From: Epithemia pelagica
Taxonomy: Eukaryota; Protista; Bacillariophyta
Length of the DNA stretch: 64,000 nucleotides
Assembly (NCBI GenBank): GCA_946965045.2
Contig: OX337238.1
Span: 1 to 64,000, forward strand
Direction: 5' to 3'
Shown here: positions 44,713 through 57,074 of the stretch, piece after piece
Layout: each line of letters starts with the position of its first letter
Numbering within the stretch: the first letter of the stretch is position 1
The notes under the pieces: generated by a model
Database searches by the model: none
What the model saw: the letters and a program-made list of their open reading frames with translations, nothing else
What the model was told of the DNA's origin: nothing
Made by a program: the position numbers and the translations under genes

Positions 44713-44975
44713 CCTCCAGTGGTTCTTCTTCGTGATGGCAACCAAATGTAAGCCTCTCTCTTTGGAACAATGGCTGTTCACTGCCAAGAAAGAACAATTC
44801 TATCTACTAGAGCATCAAGAAAAATGGAGTATTCCAAGGAGATCTATATCCTTTGACTATGGACTTGTCTATGCGTCGAGTGGGTTCAGGAAACGGTCTG
44901 TCATCCGTTCGGGTGTCACGTATTTGAACAGCGACTGAATGAGGCGATGTGGATCTTGGTTGGATCTGTTCCACC

Positions 44976-46393
44976 ATGATCCATGATGTCCTGCATTCTC
45001 CATGTCGAAGAAGCATCATGGCGACTGTAACGATTCCCAATCATCCGTCTACTAGTAGTCGAAACCTTGCGAGAAGACGACGATCCTCCACCAACGGCCT
45101 TGTGCGGCTGATCTGCCACGTGAAATGTCTCCTGGTGAGTTTGGGCATGATCTGGATCATGGTTGTGGGCCTATTGAGGGTCCAGGATAACGATTCCGAC
45201 AAGAACAAGCATACAACACGAGTGACACTGCGTCCCGAAAATGTAAAAATTGTCCAGCAAGCACTCACCGTCGACGTCACGTTCCGCAGCATCAAGACGT
45301 ATACCAGTTTGGCCCGAGACGAAGAGGGACGACCCGGCTACGTGCACGACGCACGCCAGTTACGGAACCATCCACCACCACCACTGAGTTCCATTCCTCG
45401 TCACGAATTGTGGAACCAGTGTGCGAAACGAGATGCCACGTACCAAATGCTGACCCAACGAGTCCAAGTCGTTGTTCCTGAAGAGGATCCGCCCATCCGG
45501 ACACGCATCTTGTGCGTGGTGTACACGAGACCCTATCACAGTCATTACGTCACGGCCATTCGCGAAACATGGGGCCCAGACTGTGACGGTTTTTTCGCGG
45601 CCAGTACTCAGACCAATCGGTCTCTCGACATGGTGGAGATTCCCCATGAGGGAGACGAAGACTATGACCATATTTGGCAAAAAGTCCGCAGTATCTGGAG
45701 GTACGAGTATCAATACTATTATCCAGAGTACGATTGGTTCTTGTTGGGACAAGATGATTCCTTTTTTATTCTGGACAATTTGCGATACTACTTGACGAGT
45801 CCCGAAATTCAAACGGCGTCCATGGGTGGATTCGACGACAAGAAGAATCAGGGGAATCGGCAAACACCCTTGTTCCTCGGCCGTCGGTTCGCCTACATGG
45901 GCAATCGCAATGATGTATTCAACTCGGCCGGCCCTGGATATTTGTTGAATAAAGCAGCAGTAAAACTATTGGTGACGGAGGGCCTTCCAAGCATGTTTCA
46001 GCATGACAAGAGTCATTTCAGTGATCCCATGGTTTCCACACTCTTTCGCGAACAGTTTGGGGTACTGCCGTACGATACCAAGGATGACACGGGGGGAGAA
46101 CGGTTCATGGTGAGTCGTATATCGTGATACGCATAGTTTCCTTGTGCAACTGTCTCATCATTCGTGTGTGTCGTGAACCGTGTATTCTATAGCCGTTTGC
46201 TCCCGGGCATCACTGGGGGTATCGGGTCCCTCATGCCCCCGCCATGAAGGATTGGTATACCACATATGCCATTGGTGAGTTGAAGGAAGGACCGGAGCAT
46301 TGTGCCGTGTACAGCATTGGCTTTCACTTTGAGAACGGGTGGAACTTGTATCGGTGGCACGCCTTGGTCCATGGGTTGTGTCCACCGGGTTGA
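44976..46393 (+). CDS. C1GALT1: Core-1 beta-1,3-galactosyltransferase-like (GT31), 2 exons (intron 46110-46192)
   Basis: Type II TM segment, RILCVVYT, AIRETWG..CDGF, IWQKVRSIW, YDWF..QDDSF.ILDNLRYYL, LFLGRRF, ERFM|PFAPG..CAVYSIGFHF..LYRWHAL..LC. Start approximate. Confidence 0.85.
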
Positions 46394-46806
46394 CCGCAGC
46401 ACGATTGGGGTCGGGTTGTGGATCAACGAACACAACACAACATTTACTATACGTACGCATCGAGAGGGTTTGGAATGCTCTGCCCCCGTCCGTTTGGATA
46501 TGCTGCATGACGTACATTATGAAACAGACCTCGGGTCCAGATACCATAATACCTGGTACAGGGATGATTGTCCTAACGGCAATGTAGGTACGGCCCGTGG
46601 GACCCAGCACCACACCAGTTCCCCATTGTCACGGGATATAGTAGTAGCACGACGACGACAACATCTGCTTTTGGTTGGTTCGTGACACTACACAATCTCC
46701 TCATGTCAATGCCGTCTTGACGCATCGTCATTGTCAAGAAGAACAACAACAAGAACAACCATCCCAAGAGCCCCAGGCGGTGAGTGTCACCACCACCACA
46801 ACCAAA

Positions 46807-46934
46807 GAACCATTAGTGGTGGTATGAAACACGGCTACGATTGAAACGATGGAACCAACCCTCACTACCACACGAACCATTAGTGGTGGTATGAAACACG
46901 GCTACGATTGAAACGATGGAAACCGATCCTCACT
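46807..46934 (+). repeat. 67-bp tandem duplication
   Basis: GAACCATTAGTGGTGGTATGAAACACGGCTACGATTGAAACGATGGA at 46807 and 46874. Confidence 0.85.
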
Positions 46935-48044
46935 GTAGTAGAGAGTGTGGCAGTGAGGATCGGTTCCATCGTTTCGATTGTTGCCGTGTTTCATACCACG
47001 AAGAAGCAAAATCTCTACAGTATGGCCACCGAGACGGCTCGATTGCAACACTTGACGCGACGTAACAGTTCCATTCAACAAGAACAAGAACCACAACCAC
47101 AACATGCTGCCAGCAGCCACCAAAAGACGGTGACGACAGTCGACACGGAACACAAGACTTTTGTTGGACAATATTCAATCGTCCGTCACCTTGCAAAAGA
47201 GGCAGAGTCAAATGACGGACGAGTCGTTGCGTTCTGCCATTGCGCAACTGGAATACGACCGCAAACCGGCAGCCTCCACGAGTACTACCGTACTACAACG
47301 AGTGCCATGAGCCCTCCTCACTCGTCGTACGAGCGCCCTTGGAGGAGGAGACGACTCCCTGTAATCTGGAGCAAGGCACAACAACAACAACATCAAGTCT
47401 CATGTTTTCTGTGTCCATCCTTGACCGAACAGTTTCAATGCCCTAATCCTGCTAGGAAGGGAAGAAACGACCTCATCGGTGCACAAACTGCTCTAGCAAT
47501 GACCTTTCCAGAGTCTTGTTTCCGCTACTAGGTAGTTTGTTGCAGGACGGATCGTCTTGTTTCCGCTACGAGTTTGTTGTAGGATGGATCGCGTTCATCA
47601 TTGGCGAATCGACTGGAACATGCGAGTATAGGTCGATCGTTGCCTTGGGATCATGGTGAACTAAGTTTTGTTGTTAGCTACTCCTATTAGAGGAGAGCTA
47701 TGTATCGGTATTATTAGAAGATCAAGAGTCGACGGCTTTGTTATACTCCCAAGTGTCGTATACAAGTCGCGAATGGATCGCCCACTGATTGAAATAAAAA
47801 AAGAGTCACTCCCCATTTCACTTTTTGATACATGTCGTTAAGGAGTACACATGAAAGTGAGACAGCCGAATCTTTTCGCACAATTCGCAACCCAAACAGA
47901 ACAACGACACAACGACAACGAGAGTGTGATTGGCTTCCGGTTCGTCGTGTCCACACACAGCGAACAACAATTGAAAGAAGACCACTCATTCTACTACTGG
48001 AAGGAGTGGCTTGTACCACGCATCTCCACAAGAGCCACTCCTTG

Positions 48045-48947
48045 ATGATGCCAACAACGACGACAAGGACCACCACTACAATGAGAAGAAGGCGGTCGAA
48101 CAGTTTCAGCAGCACGAGTGAAACAGCCGATACCACCATGGCAGGATCCATCACACCAAAAAGTACTACCATCCTTGCTCGAACAAAACGAAAACGAGAA
48201 ACACGTACAGTCTCGAGTAGTGTTTGGGAGAAACCCTTGTGGCTTTTGGTCGTACTACTCGTTCTGCTTCATCTTGTCGTCAATGTTGTTGTGGTTGTTG
48301 TGGACGCCAAATGCGTGGTCCGAGATGCGTACGAATCCAAAGTGCCCTTGTATCCAGAATCCATGCCCAGTGGCATTCAATACAATGCCGTATCCGACAC
48401 GTTGGTCTGTCTGTTGGACCACTCCTGTTGGGGCTATCGGTTGATTGGATGCACGAGTATTTATTGTCGCGGCCACCAATCTTGTCAAGATACGGAAATG
48501 ACGGGCAATGGTGCCGTGGCTTGTTGGGGCAGTGAAGCCTGTTTGAATGCCTACATTTCCAAGGGCAAGACCGTGGCCTGTGGCGCCGGTTATGGTGGAT
48601 CCTGTATCGATGCCACGATTGAAACGTCGGCCAGTGTCTTGTGTTATGGCGATTTTGCCTGTGTCACCCAAACCCAGGGCGGCTCGCTGTTGCCCAATAC
48701 CACGACCGTCACGGCCATGGATCGGGGTGGCATTTCCCTTCATGTCGGTCAGGGCGGTCATGTCGTGTGTTCCACCTCCACGGCCCAATTGGCCTGTCAA
48801 GACTTGTTGATTCATGTCCCCGATGTGTCGCGCGCCTGTTATGGTCCCGATACGGCCGAATCCAATCCCCACGTGACCGAATGTGCCATTATTTGTACCA
48901 GCGAAGAAGCCTGTGACAAGAGTCGCATTCAATTCATTCACGATTGA
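48045..48947 (+). CDS. 18-Cys repeat protein, paralog 1 (about 300 aa)
   Basis: Hydrophobic segment ending VDA|KC; 18 Cys in family register; C-terminal CAIIC..C..I.F. Confidence 0.85.
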   Translation: MMPTTTTRTTTTMRRRRSNSFSSTSETADTTMAGSITPKSTTILARTKRKRETRTVSSSVWEKPLWLLVVLLVLLHLVVNVVVVVVDAKCVVRDAYESKVPLYPESMPSGIQYNAVSDTLVCLLDHSCWGYRLIGCTSIYCRGHQSCQDTEMTGNGAVACWGSEACLNAYISKGKTVACGAGYGGSCIDATIETSASVLCYGDFACVTQTQGGSLLPNTTTVTAMDRGGISLHVGQGGHVVCSTSTAQLACQDLLIHVPDVSRACYGPDTAESNPHVTECAIICTSEEACDKSRIQFIHD

Positions 48948-50039
48948 TATTGCAAGAATACTATATGATTTGAGAGACAGACGACATGCAGGGAAATGGG
49001 CGTTCTGGTCGGTCCGGACAATGAAAACGAATCGAGCAGTGTCGAATCGGACATAACAACAACAACAACAAACAGACAAGAGAGAGTGACAACGCAGCGC
49101 CACCACCAGACACTGTTCTACCAGCAATCTACGCAACAACAACAACTACTACAAACAACTACACACAAATGAACTGGGGGAACACAGCACACGAACCATC
49201 ACTGGACAAACATACTAATCTGTGGCTTGTCCAACTCAAAATTACACACGTCTCATTGTCATCACCACCACCACAACTCTTGTGGAGCAGCGCACGCACT
49301 ACAACAATCTCACACTCCTCATCACAATATACTTTTATTATTAATATTATTCGTTGAAACCGAACCACCCAACCAGTGGCGTTCCTCGCTATTTTGTCTG
49401 TTTTCCAAGAAGTAGGAATGGAGACTGCCAAAGAGACTGCAGGAGGAATCTGGTTTTGCAAGTCTCTCTTTCGTAGAGGAAACGAATCCATGATTCCATT
49501 TCAAAGAAGAAAGAAAAAATGAATCATCCACTGACCGGCTCCGTTGCCAAACACCACCAAGTGGTGCGTGGTGCTGCATTCCCATTCTCTAGGGAACGCT
49601 ATTCATCGACAAGAGAGAGAGGGTGTATCTCTCTGACATTTAAACTTCTGTAAGCTTTCTATGCCAGCTATCTTTGCTACCCATTGCACGACCCCCTTTT
49701 TATCGCCCCAAGCCCCACCCCCACCCCATACAAGTACACGTACGTGGCGGCAGTAAAAACGCGACCAAAGAGCTGCTTCGCAGCTTGAAGAGGGATCCGC
49801 TACCCTTGCTATGTGAGACCCGAACTATCAAGAGCTATGGTCGCCGATATTTTCTCCAACGCTGTCCGAACTCCGAACCATCCATTGATCTCTTCTTTTC
49901 TTCTCGCCTGAATCAAAGCAACCACAACGTTTGGATCACCAAAAAATAATCGAGAGGCATCTCTCTCATTCTCTCTTCTTGCTTGTCTTCTCTTTCCGTG
50001 GAAGGCATCGGCCAGATTCATTCGGTCTTCTGTTGAATC

Positions 50040-50909
50040 ATGGCACGAGACGAACCACATGATGACCCGACGACGACGACAACCACAACAAGAAGGGATT
50101 CTCATTTCTGCCAGCGATTCTCCTTGAACAACCACAGACACAGGGCACCACGTCTGTGGTCGACGATTCTTGTGCTTTTTCTTCCATTGATTGTTGTTGC
50201 GCAACCGGCTCGAGAATGTCGTTTGGAGGACAATACTGGAATCCCCTTGCCTCTGTCCACGTATTCGGAAGAAACCTTGTTGGGTCGGGGCATTACGTAC
50301 GATTCGACGATTGACATTATTCGGTGTGTCACGGCACAAGCCTGTCAAAATTGGACCATTTCCGGCTGCACCGCCGTCTATTGTTTGGGTCGTCAAGCCT
50401 GTCAATATGCGACGCTGCGCGACAATTTGGGCATTGCCTGTTGGGCTCATGAAGCCTGTCACAATGCCACCTTGTTGCAAGTGCACGATGTGTCGTGTGG
50501 CGACGGTCACAGTCGGGCCTGTTTCAATACCGATATTACCACCAATCAACGCGTGCATTGTGTGGGACCGGGCGCCTGTGGTTTTCACAAGACGATTCGT
50601 GTGGGACGGGAAGGACAAGTCCAATGTTCCAGTGGACAAGGACAATATGCCTGTCATGATATGGTCATAACAATTTCTCATGGACAACGAGCCTGTTACT
50701 TTTCCCCGCCCCCGCCGCCCCCCACACCGGCACCCCAACAAGAATCGTGGCTCGACAAGGTTTGGAAAGGATCGTCCGATTCCGATTCCTCGTTGCGCAT
50801 TCAATCGCGAGGCGATGCCCCTCGCACCTCGTCCAATTGTGCCGTTGTCTGCGATGTCGAATCCGATTGCGACAAGGATTCCATTCGATTTGTCGTGGAA
50901 CAACATTAA
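50040..50909 (+). CDS. 18-Cys repeat protein, paralog 2 (289 aa)
   Basis: Hydrophobic segment, 18 Cys in register, Pro-rich insert after Cys15. Confidence 0.87.
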   Translation: MARDEPHDDPTTTTTTTRRDSHFCQRFSLNNHRHRAPRLWSTILVLFLPLIVVAQPARECRLEDNTGIPLPLSTYSEETLLGRGITYDSTIDIIRCVTAQACQNWTISGCTAVYCLGRQACQYATLRDNLGIACWAHEACHNATLLQVHDVSCGDGHSRACFNTDITTNQRVHCVGPGACGFHKTIRVGREGQVQCSSGQGQYACHDMVITISHGQRACYFSPPPPPPTPAPQQESWLDKVWKGSSDSDSSLRIQSRGDAPRTSSNCAVVCDVESDCDKDSIRFVVEQH

Positions 50910-51896
50910 GAAGAGAATTCCAACGATCGAGATATCGATGGATCGTTGCGGCGACACGGCCATGCACAGACACCAAGAACAACCACAAGAACAAGAACAA
51001 GTAGCTTGACAAACTACTTTGTACACAGCCCTATTTCCGTATATAGTAAAAACAGACGAACCACATCCCAACCACAACAAAAACAACGCTACGACTACTA
51101 CCAAAAATGACCCACCAAACCAAACCAACACTTCACCACCACAAACCAACTGCACCATGAGGGATGAAACCGTCCCCATTGTGTGTTTCTACAGATTGCA
51201 GTGTAGAACTGACAATCCAACAACCACAAAAACCACACAAAACGAGACATTGAACCACAAAACAAACATGCCAAAAACACCAAAACGCACACACACTCTC
51301 TATCTTGTGTATCCACACAAACCCCAAACCACTTTTTATTATTTCGACCCACCATCTTGTCCAAACTTGCGCGCGCACTTGAACAAGGAGAATACTAGAG
51401 ACTCCTTGGAATATAGCTAAACGATGATGATACACCAATTTCTACCTCTAGAGTAGTTATTTGTTGCGACAGAGTTTCGTAGGTCCAGCTGTTGGACGAT
51501 ATGTGCGAACCACAGCAAAGACTCAGCTACAACGCGCCATGGCCTCTTGTGTGTTCTCCTTGCTCACCACCAGGATACGAGTTTTTGCCCGTGACACACA
51601 TGTTGTTGGGTCTCGATCTACCGAATGGGCGCGAGCGTGGGTCTACACGAAACTGCCATACGCAGGACATTCCCAACAACTACAACAACACAACAACAAG
51701 ACAATGACCCGTATGGTGTGGGTTTGCGTGCTTGGTTTCCCAGAAATGGCTCCTAAACGCGATACTACCATCATAGCTACTGTGGCTAGAACTAACATCG
51801 CGAATATGCTCACGCGCCACCATGGATTGTACTCGTCCTTCTCTCACACGGGCCAACCCCTCTTAAGATACCAACCGTCTCTCTTTGTATTCTTCC

Positions 51897-51898
<2 letters not shown>

Positions 51899-51928
<30 letters not shown>
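51899..51928 (+). repeat. (GA)n microsatellite
   Basis: Perfect dinucleotide run. Confidence 0.95.
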
Positions 51929-51932
<4 letters not shown>

Positions 51933-52213
51933 GAGGGTAATGCACATTGTGCTACTCCTAGGAGTATATGACCGATGATATAGCTACCATGGCTACCCAG
52001 AAAAGACGGAAAAGAATTCTGTTGTCACGTGAAGTTTGCCGACGTGTCCCGATTTCCTTCAAGATTTGCCCTTGAAACGCGAATCGAAGAACACACAACA
52101 CAAGAAGAGAGAGTCATCTCTATGATCTCATGGAGTCCTATAGAGATCTCGTATCCTTTGGTACAGTGTTGGAAGAAAAAGCAACCAGAAAACTACCATA
52201 TTGTCCTTGCACG

Positions 52214-53356
52214 ATGAACAAGACTCTCAGCAGCATGTCTACAAGTTTTGGACTCCATCGTTCTTCTTCTTCCCTTGTTCTCCTTTTACTTGTCGTCCTC
52301 CTTTCTGGCACTCGTCGAGTCCTGGTTGTAGAGGCCCTGTGTCAAGTCCACGATGAACATGGCAAACCGGTGGCTCTCAAAACCACAACCTTGCCGGCCG
52401 GTGTCATGTACGGTGTCGTGACGGACAAGCTGGTGTGCGGAAGTCCAGGCGTGTGTCGCGAATGGACCATGGAAGGGTGTACGACCGTCTATTGTCAAGC
52501 CCCGTATGCGTGTCAAAATGCCACTTTAAAAAACAACTATGGGACGGCCTGTTGGGACGATCATGCCTGCGATTCGGCCAATTTGTTAACGACGCACGAT
52601 GTGTCGTGTGGCGATGGCTTTGATTATACCTGTCGCAAGGCTCGGATTGAAACCGATACCAATTTGTTGTGTTTTGGACGACGCGCCTGTATTGGCACGG
52701 TCATACCGCAACAATTTCGCTATGAATTGCCCGAGGACGAAGAAAATCTCGTGGGCAGTGGCGGCTATCAATATTCGCCCGACGATCCCAAAGTGCCACC
52801 CGAAGGATCGCAACCTCAACAACGACCGGATGATTGGAGCATGAATCCAAACCAAAAAAAAACTGCCAAGAATGATCCGGACGGTCCCATTCACATTTAC
52901 TTGTTGGGACCGAGCAGTCAAGTCCAATGTGCCAGTAGTGAAAGTGGTCGCGTCATTGGCAGTCGAGCGACCGGTGTGGCCTGTCAAGGCTTGCACATTT
53001 ACATTCCTCGGCAATTCAAGGAACGAGCCTGTGTGGGCGAATTGAGTTTTGATGAATCCAGCACCACGACAACGGATGAAGAACCACCACCATCGGATGG
53101 CGAACACATGGGATCCACCACCACCACAGAGGCGTGGAACGATGCTCCGAAAAATAAATTGCGCATCAAGCAAAAAAATCCCAAAAAACCCATCAAACCA
53201 GGCAAGTTTGAGAATCCCGAATTGGTTCCGGAAAAGCAAGAACATCATCATCGACATCACAATGCCGACGATTGGACCAATTCCGATTGTGCGGTCGTAT
53301 GTGCCACACCGCAAGCGTGTGATCGAGCCACGTTCGAATTCTTTTTCATTAATTAA
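52214..53356 (+). CDS. 18-Cys repeat protein, paralog 3 (about 380 aa)
   Basis: Signal-like segment ending VEA|LC; 18 Cys; long charged inserts after Cys12 and Cys15. Confidence 0.87.
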   Translation: MNKTLSSMSTSFGLHRSSSSLVLLLLVVLLSGTRRVLVVEALCQVHDEHGKPVALKTTTLPAGVMYGVVTDKLVCGSPGVCREWTMEGCTTVYCQAPYACQNATLKNNYGTACWDDHACDSANLLTTHDVSCGDGFDYTCRKARIETDTNLLCFGRRACIGTVIPQQFRYELPEDEENLVGSGGYQYSPDDPKVPPEGSQPQQRPDDWSMNPNQKKTAKNDPDGPIHIYLLGPSSQVQCASSESGRVIGSRATGVACQGLHIYIPRQFKERACVGELSFDESSTTTTDEEPPPSDGEHMGSTTTTEAWNDAPKNKLRIKQKNPKKPIKPGKFENPELVPEKQEHHHRHHNADDWTNSDCAVVCATPQACDRATFEFFFIN

Positions 53357-53800
53357 TGAACGAGCAAAAACGAAAGCAGCAGCAAGAAAATCAACATCAA
53401 CAAGGGCACGACGGCGATCGAGGCACAAGAAGGAATGACGAGTTGGTCACGAATCTCGGGACCTCCTTACCATAGCAGAGAAACCAAACAAGATGACAAA
53501 GAAGAAGGATTTCAGGAATCGAACCTCCGCACAGTCCAGTGGTTGCGTCGGAGCGTGGAGTAGGTACACTCCGAGTACAAGGAGAACCACAAGAAACACC
53601 AGTCTTTTTTGTATGGAACGGAGATACTACTAGGTACTCTACCGACACAAACTCACGAAAGGCTGCGCGGTTCCCGGATGGATTTGTCCATGATACTTAC
53701 TATACTATTCCCATAGAATGAGATGTCTCTCGATCCTAGTATGTAGATCGTACTCAGAGTGCGGCTGCTCTCGAGTGTGGGTGCTGGTTGCCCTTCGAAT

Positions 53801-53804
<4 letters not shown>

Positions 53805-53834
<30 letters not shown>
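53805..53834 (+). repeat. (CT)n microsatellite
   Basis: Perfect dinucleotide run. Confidence 0.95.
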
Positions 53835-53835
<1 letters not shown>

Positions 53836-54022
53836 GCTACTCCTAGTAGCTTTACAAGGTAGGGAAGTATGGGGGTCGCGTGTGGGGTCGCGCTTTGTAG
53901 GGAAAAGGATTCTCGCCACGTAGGACGTGCCAACCGAATGCCAACCGAAATAAGGTTGAATCGTTTGGGATGATGAATGGCGTTGGAATTGGGAACTGGG
54001 ACGGTTGGAATCCTCGTCGAGT

Positions 54023-54024
<2 letters not shown>

Positions 54025-54059
<35 letters not shown>
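54025..54059 (+). repeat. (AG)n microsatellite
   Basis: Perfect run just upstream of paralog 4. Confidence 0.95.
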
Positions 54060-54061
<2 letters not shown>

Positions 54062-54094
54062 ATCATTGACAAAAAAGAACCAGCACAAGCCGTG

Positions 54095-55027
54095 ATGTTA
54101 CTGCGGATTCTGCCTTTTCTCCTCCTTTTAGAAGCTGTTGTTTGGATGCCACGGATCGTGCAGGGTCGTTGTGTGATTCACGATGCCGACGGCGAATTGG
54201 TTCCCTTGGATTTGGACGGTCCCAATCCTCAATTTCCTCGTCCCGGTTTGGAATACGATCCGGAATTTGACATTTTTGAATGTACCGATGATTTTAGTTG
54301 TGAGGGATGGACGATTCAAGGCTGTCGGGCCTTGTATTGCGATGGCAAATCGTCCTGTCGGGCTGCCCACTTGCGCAACAATACCGGTGTGGCTTGTTTT
54401 GCCCATTCCGCCTGTCATTCGGCCACGATTGTCATGCACGCCTTGCCCTCGTCGCATCATGCCACGACGAGTACAACTGCATTGCAACCCCTCGGACAAG
54501 GTCCTTCGGTGTGGTGGGTCGATACACTTACCTGTGGCGCCGACTATTTGCACTCCTGTACCAATGTGACCGTCACCACACCCGGACAAGTCGTCTGCTT
54601 CGGTCCGCAGGCCTGTAGTAGTAGCAGCAGCAGTCTTCCCGTGTCGACCACAACCACAACAACCGCTACTCCCACTACTACTGCTACTCCTACGGAATTG
54701 CGCCTCGTTTTGCAAGGCCAAGTCAGTCATGTCCGGTGTGTCAGCGATGCCTCGTCGCAACAATTGTTTCGACCGCCCGAGGAGTTTCACATTCCCTCCA
54801 ACCACAACCAAAACAACCACAAGAACAAGCACCATTCGTTGCGAATTCAATCACCACCCACATGTTCGCATTTGCACGTGACGGTCCCCTCATCCGATCG
54901 AGCTTGTATTGCCACCAGCACGGCGTCGACCCAGAGCAAGTGCGGCGTGATTTGCGTGTCACCACACGATTGCAATGTCGGTACCATTCAATTTCACGTG
55001 GCGGAATCGACGAACAACCACACCTAA
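54095..55027 (+). CDS. 18-Cys repeat protein, paralog 4 (about 310 aa)
   Basis: Signal-like segment ending VQG|RC; 18 Cys; S/T-rich insert after Cys12. Confidence 0.87.
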   Translation: MLLRILPFLLLLEAVVWMPRIVQGRCVIHDADGELVPLDLDGPNPQFPRPGLEYDPEFDIFECTDDFSCEGWTIQGCRALYCDGKSSCRAAHLRNNTGVACFAHSACHSATIVMHALPSSHHATTSTTALQPLGQGPSVWWVDTLTCGADYLHSCTNVTVTTPGQVVCFGPQACSSSSSSLPVSTTTTTTATPTTTATPTELRLVLQGQVSHVRCVSDASSQQLFRPPEEFHIPSNHNQNNHKNKHHSLRIQSPPTCSHLHVTVPSSDRACIATSTASTQSKCGVICVSPHDCNVGTIQFHVAESTNNHT

Positions 55028-55321
55028 CCACCAACCAGGACGAGAGAGAGAGAGGAAAAAAAAACACACACACACAAGTGTAGTCTGCTTTTTTGGTTCG
55101 CTCTCTGGAAAATGCCAAATGGAGGAACCCAAACTCGACGCTCCACACCACCACAAGAATGAGGTCCCATACGATATGGATCAGTAGAGAAATGGTTCGT
55201 GTTGTTGGCCGTAGCTGATTGCAATGTCGGTACCATTCAATTTCACGTGGCGGAATCCTAGCGAAAAAACACAAAAAACCACCAACCAGGACGATAGAGA
55301 CAAGAGAGAGACAAGAGAGAG

Positions 55322-55324
<3 letters not shown>

Positions 55325-55371
<47 letters not shown>
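55325..55371 (+). repeat. (AG)n microsatellite
   Basis: Perfect run preceded by ACAAGAGAG variants. Confidence 0.95.
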
Positions 55372-55373
<2 letters not shown>

Positions 55374-57074
55374 ACCCACAAGTGTGTCTCCGCTGTTGCA
55401 AGGACTGGGATTGTACAGTCCATTCGAACAGCTCTGGAGCATCCTCCCAAGCAACACTCGACGACGACAACCCTGTGGTCGGGAACGGCCAAGGGAATCG
55501 TGTGACGGGTCGTCCCATATTGTACGACGAGAGTGTTCCAAGAAGCACGTCTCTCGGTCGCCAATCATCAAGTCATTTCACGCGAAAGCGACAAACCACA
55601 ATCCACACACACGTGTGGAAACTTGCGCACACACGTGTGGAATATCCCGCGCATCCACGTGCTCGGAGACGTTTGGTGGTGTGGTATACCACAGCTCTTG
55701 TTCCTGTTCCTCACGCACGCTCGGTTTGCAGCGTACTCCTATACAATCTGGATGTGCGTGGTTCCAGGCTCTGTGAACGACCGTCACGGATTCGGTTGGG
55801 TGGATGGATGGATCTATTATTGCTGGGGTTTGTAGATACGGTTCGTCAAATCTGGGAAAACGAGTCAAACTCGAAATCTAGCTACGCTCCTCTCTCCGCA
55901 TGGATCCAGGAGAGTCGACATCCGGCCCAATGCTGCAGAAAGAGCGAGCGAGAAAGAGCTCTGTGGAATGACTCTTTGTTTCAGGGTGCCGGTGAACAAG
56001 GGCACGATTGAAAAGACCAGAAATCGATAGAGAGGGTACAAAAAGTTCACGCAATGACGTAGGTTCGGTGTCGAGGAGTACTTGCTTTCTCTTGTATGTA
56101 CTGGCCGTCGTTCTTCTATGGACAGCACCTCGCTCCTCTAGCTAGTGTTGTGGACTCCTGGATCCATCCGTTGTGACTGTTTATGCGTCGAGTGGTTATT
56201 GTGGAGAGCCTCGTCAAGTTTGCAGGGTGCCAATCATCACTGTCTGTGGCTATTACGCGGACGTTGTCGTCCTTTGTGTTGTTCCCATGGATCATCATCA
56301 TCACACACACACACAATTGAAGGTGGACCGATGAGACCATGGAGATCCATATTCTATATAAATATTGGAGTATAGTAGCTATAGCATATGGATCGTCTTG
56401 GAGCAATGACGAAGCGGAATCCCCCCAACTCTTGGGAGCAATAGGAAACATGGTTTTTGTTTTTTTCTCTCTATAGTTTGAATACTAGCAAATATATATG
56501 TACAAGGTTGAGCGCACGCATAGTATATCTGTTCCTCTTGTTCTTGTCCTCCAGTTTGCAATGTTCAGTTCGTCGTTTTTGGTTCGTCTTTCTTTACTGG
56601 CGCAGTTCGTCGTCACCGCTCATCTCTACCATCATTCGTTGCGTTTGCCGTTTTGGTATACACCACTCTCTCTTTCTCTCTCCCTTTGACACGAGTCTTG
56701 AAGTTTACCTACGGTACTATATAGTAGGGGGATGATACTCACCCACACCGTCGTCTCGACCCCCGTTTCCTTTGGGCAAGCCTGGAAAAACAATCGTCGG
56801 TGGTAATAGGGATGATCTCACCAGCAATCTCCATCTGCGAGCGTGGTGAGAAATAGTTATCCTTTCTGTTCCTGGTGTGGGTGTTGTTAGCATTGTACAT
56901 TTGGCACGGACTGTCCTTGGAATTGTTTCCAATCATGCCGTGTCTCGTTTCTCATATGGTTTCCAATCCACATTCTGTTTTGTTTGTTTCCAATGTGATT
57001 CGTTCCTTTTCATATTGTGTTCTTATTTTGGTTCTGGTTCTTGTGGTAGTTGTGGTGGTTGCAGATTAGTATTC

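Noticed and set aside
46908-47531. 207-aa ORF resembling a type II membrane protein start
   Set aside because: No start context or domain support; it begins inside a tandem duplication.
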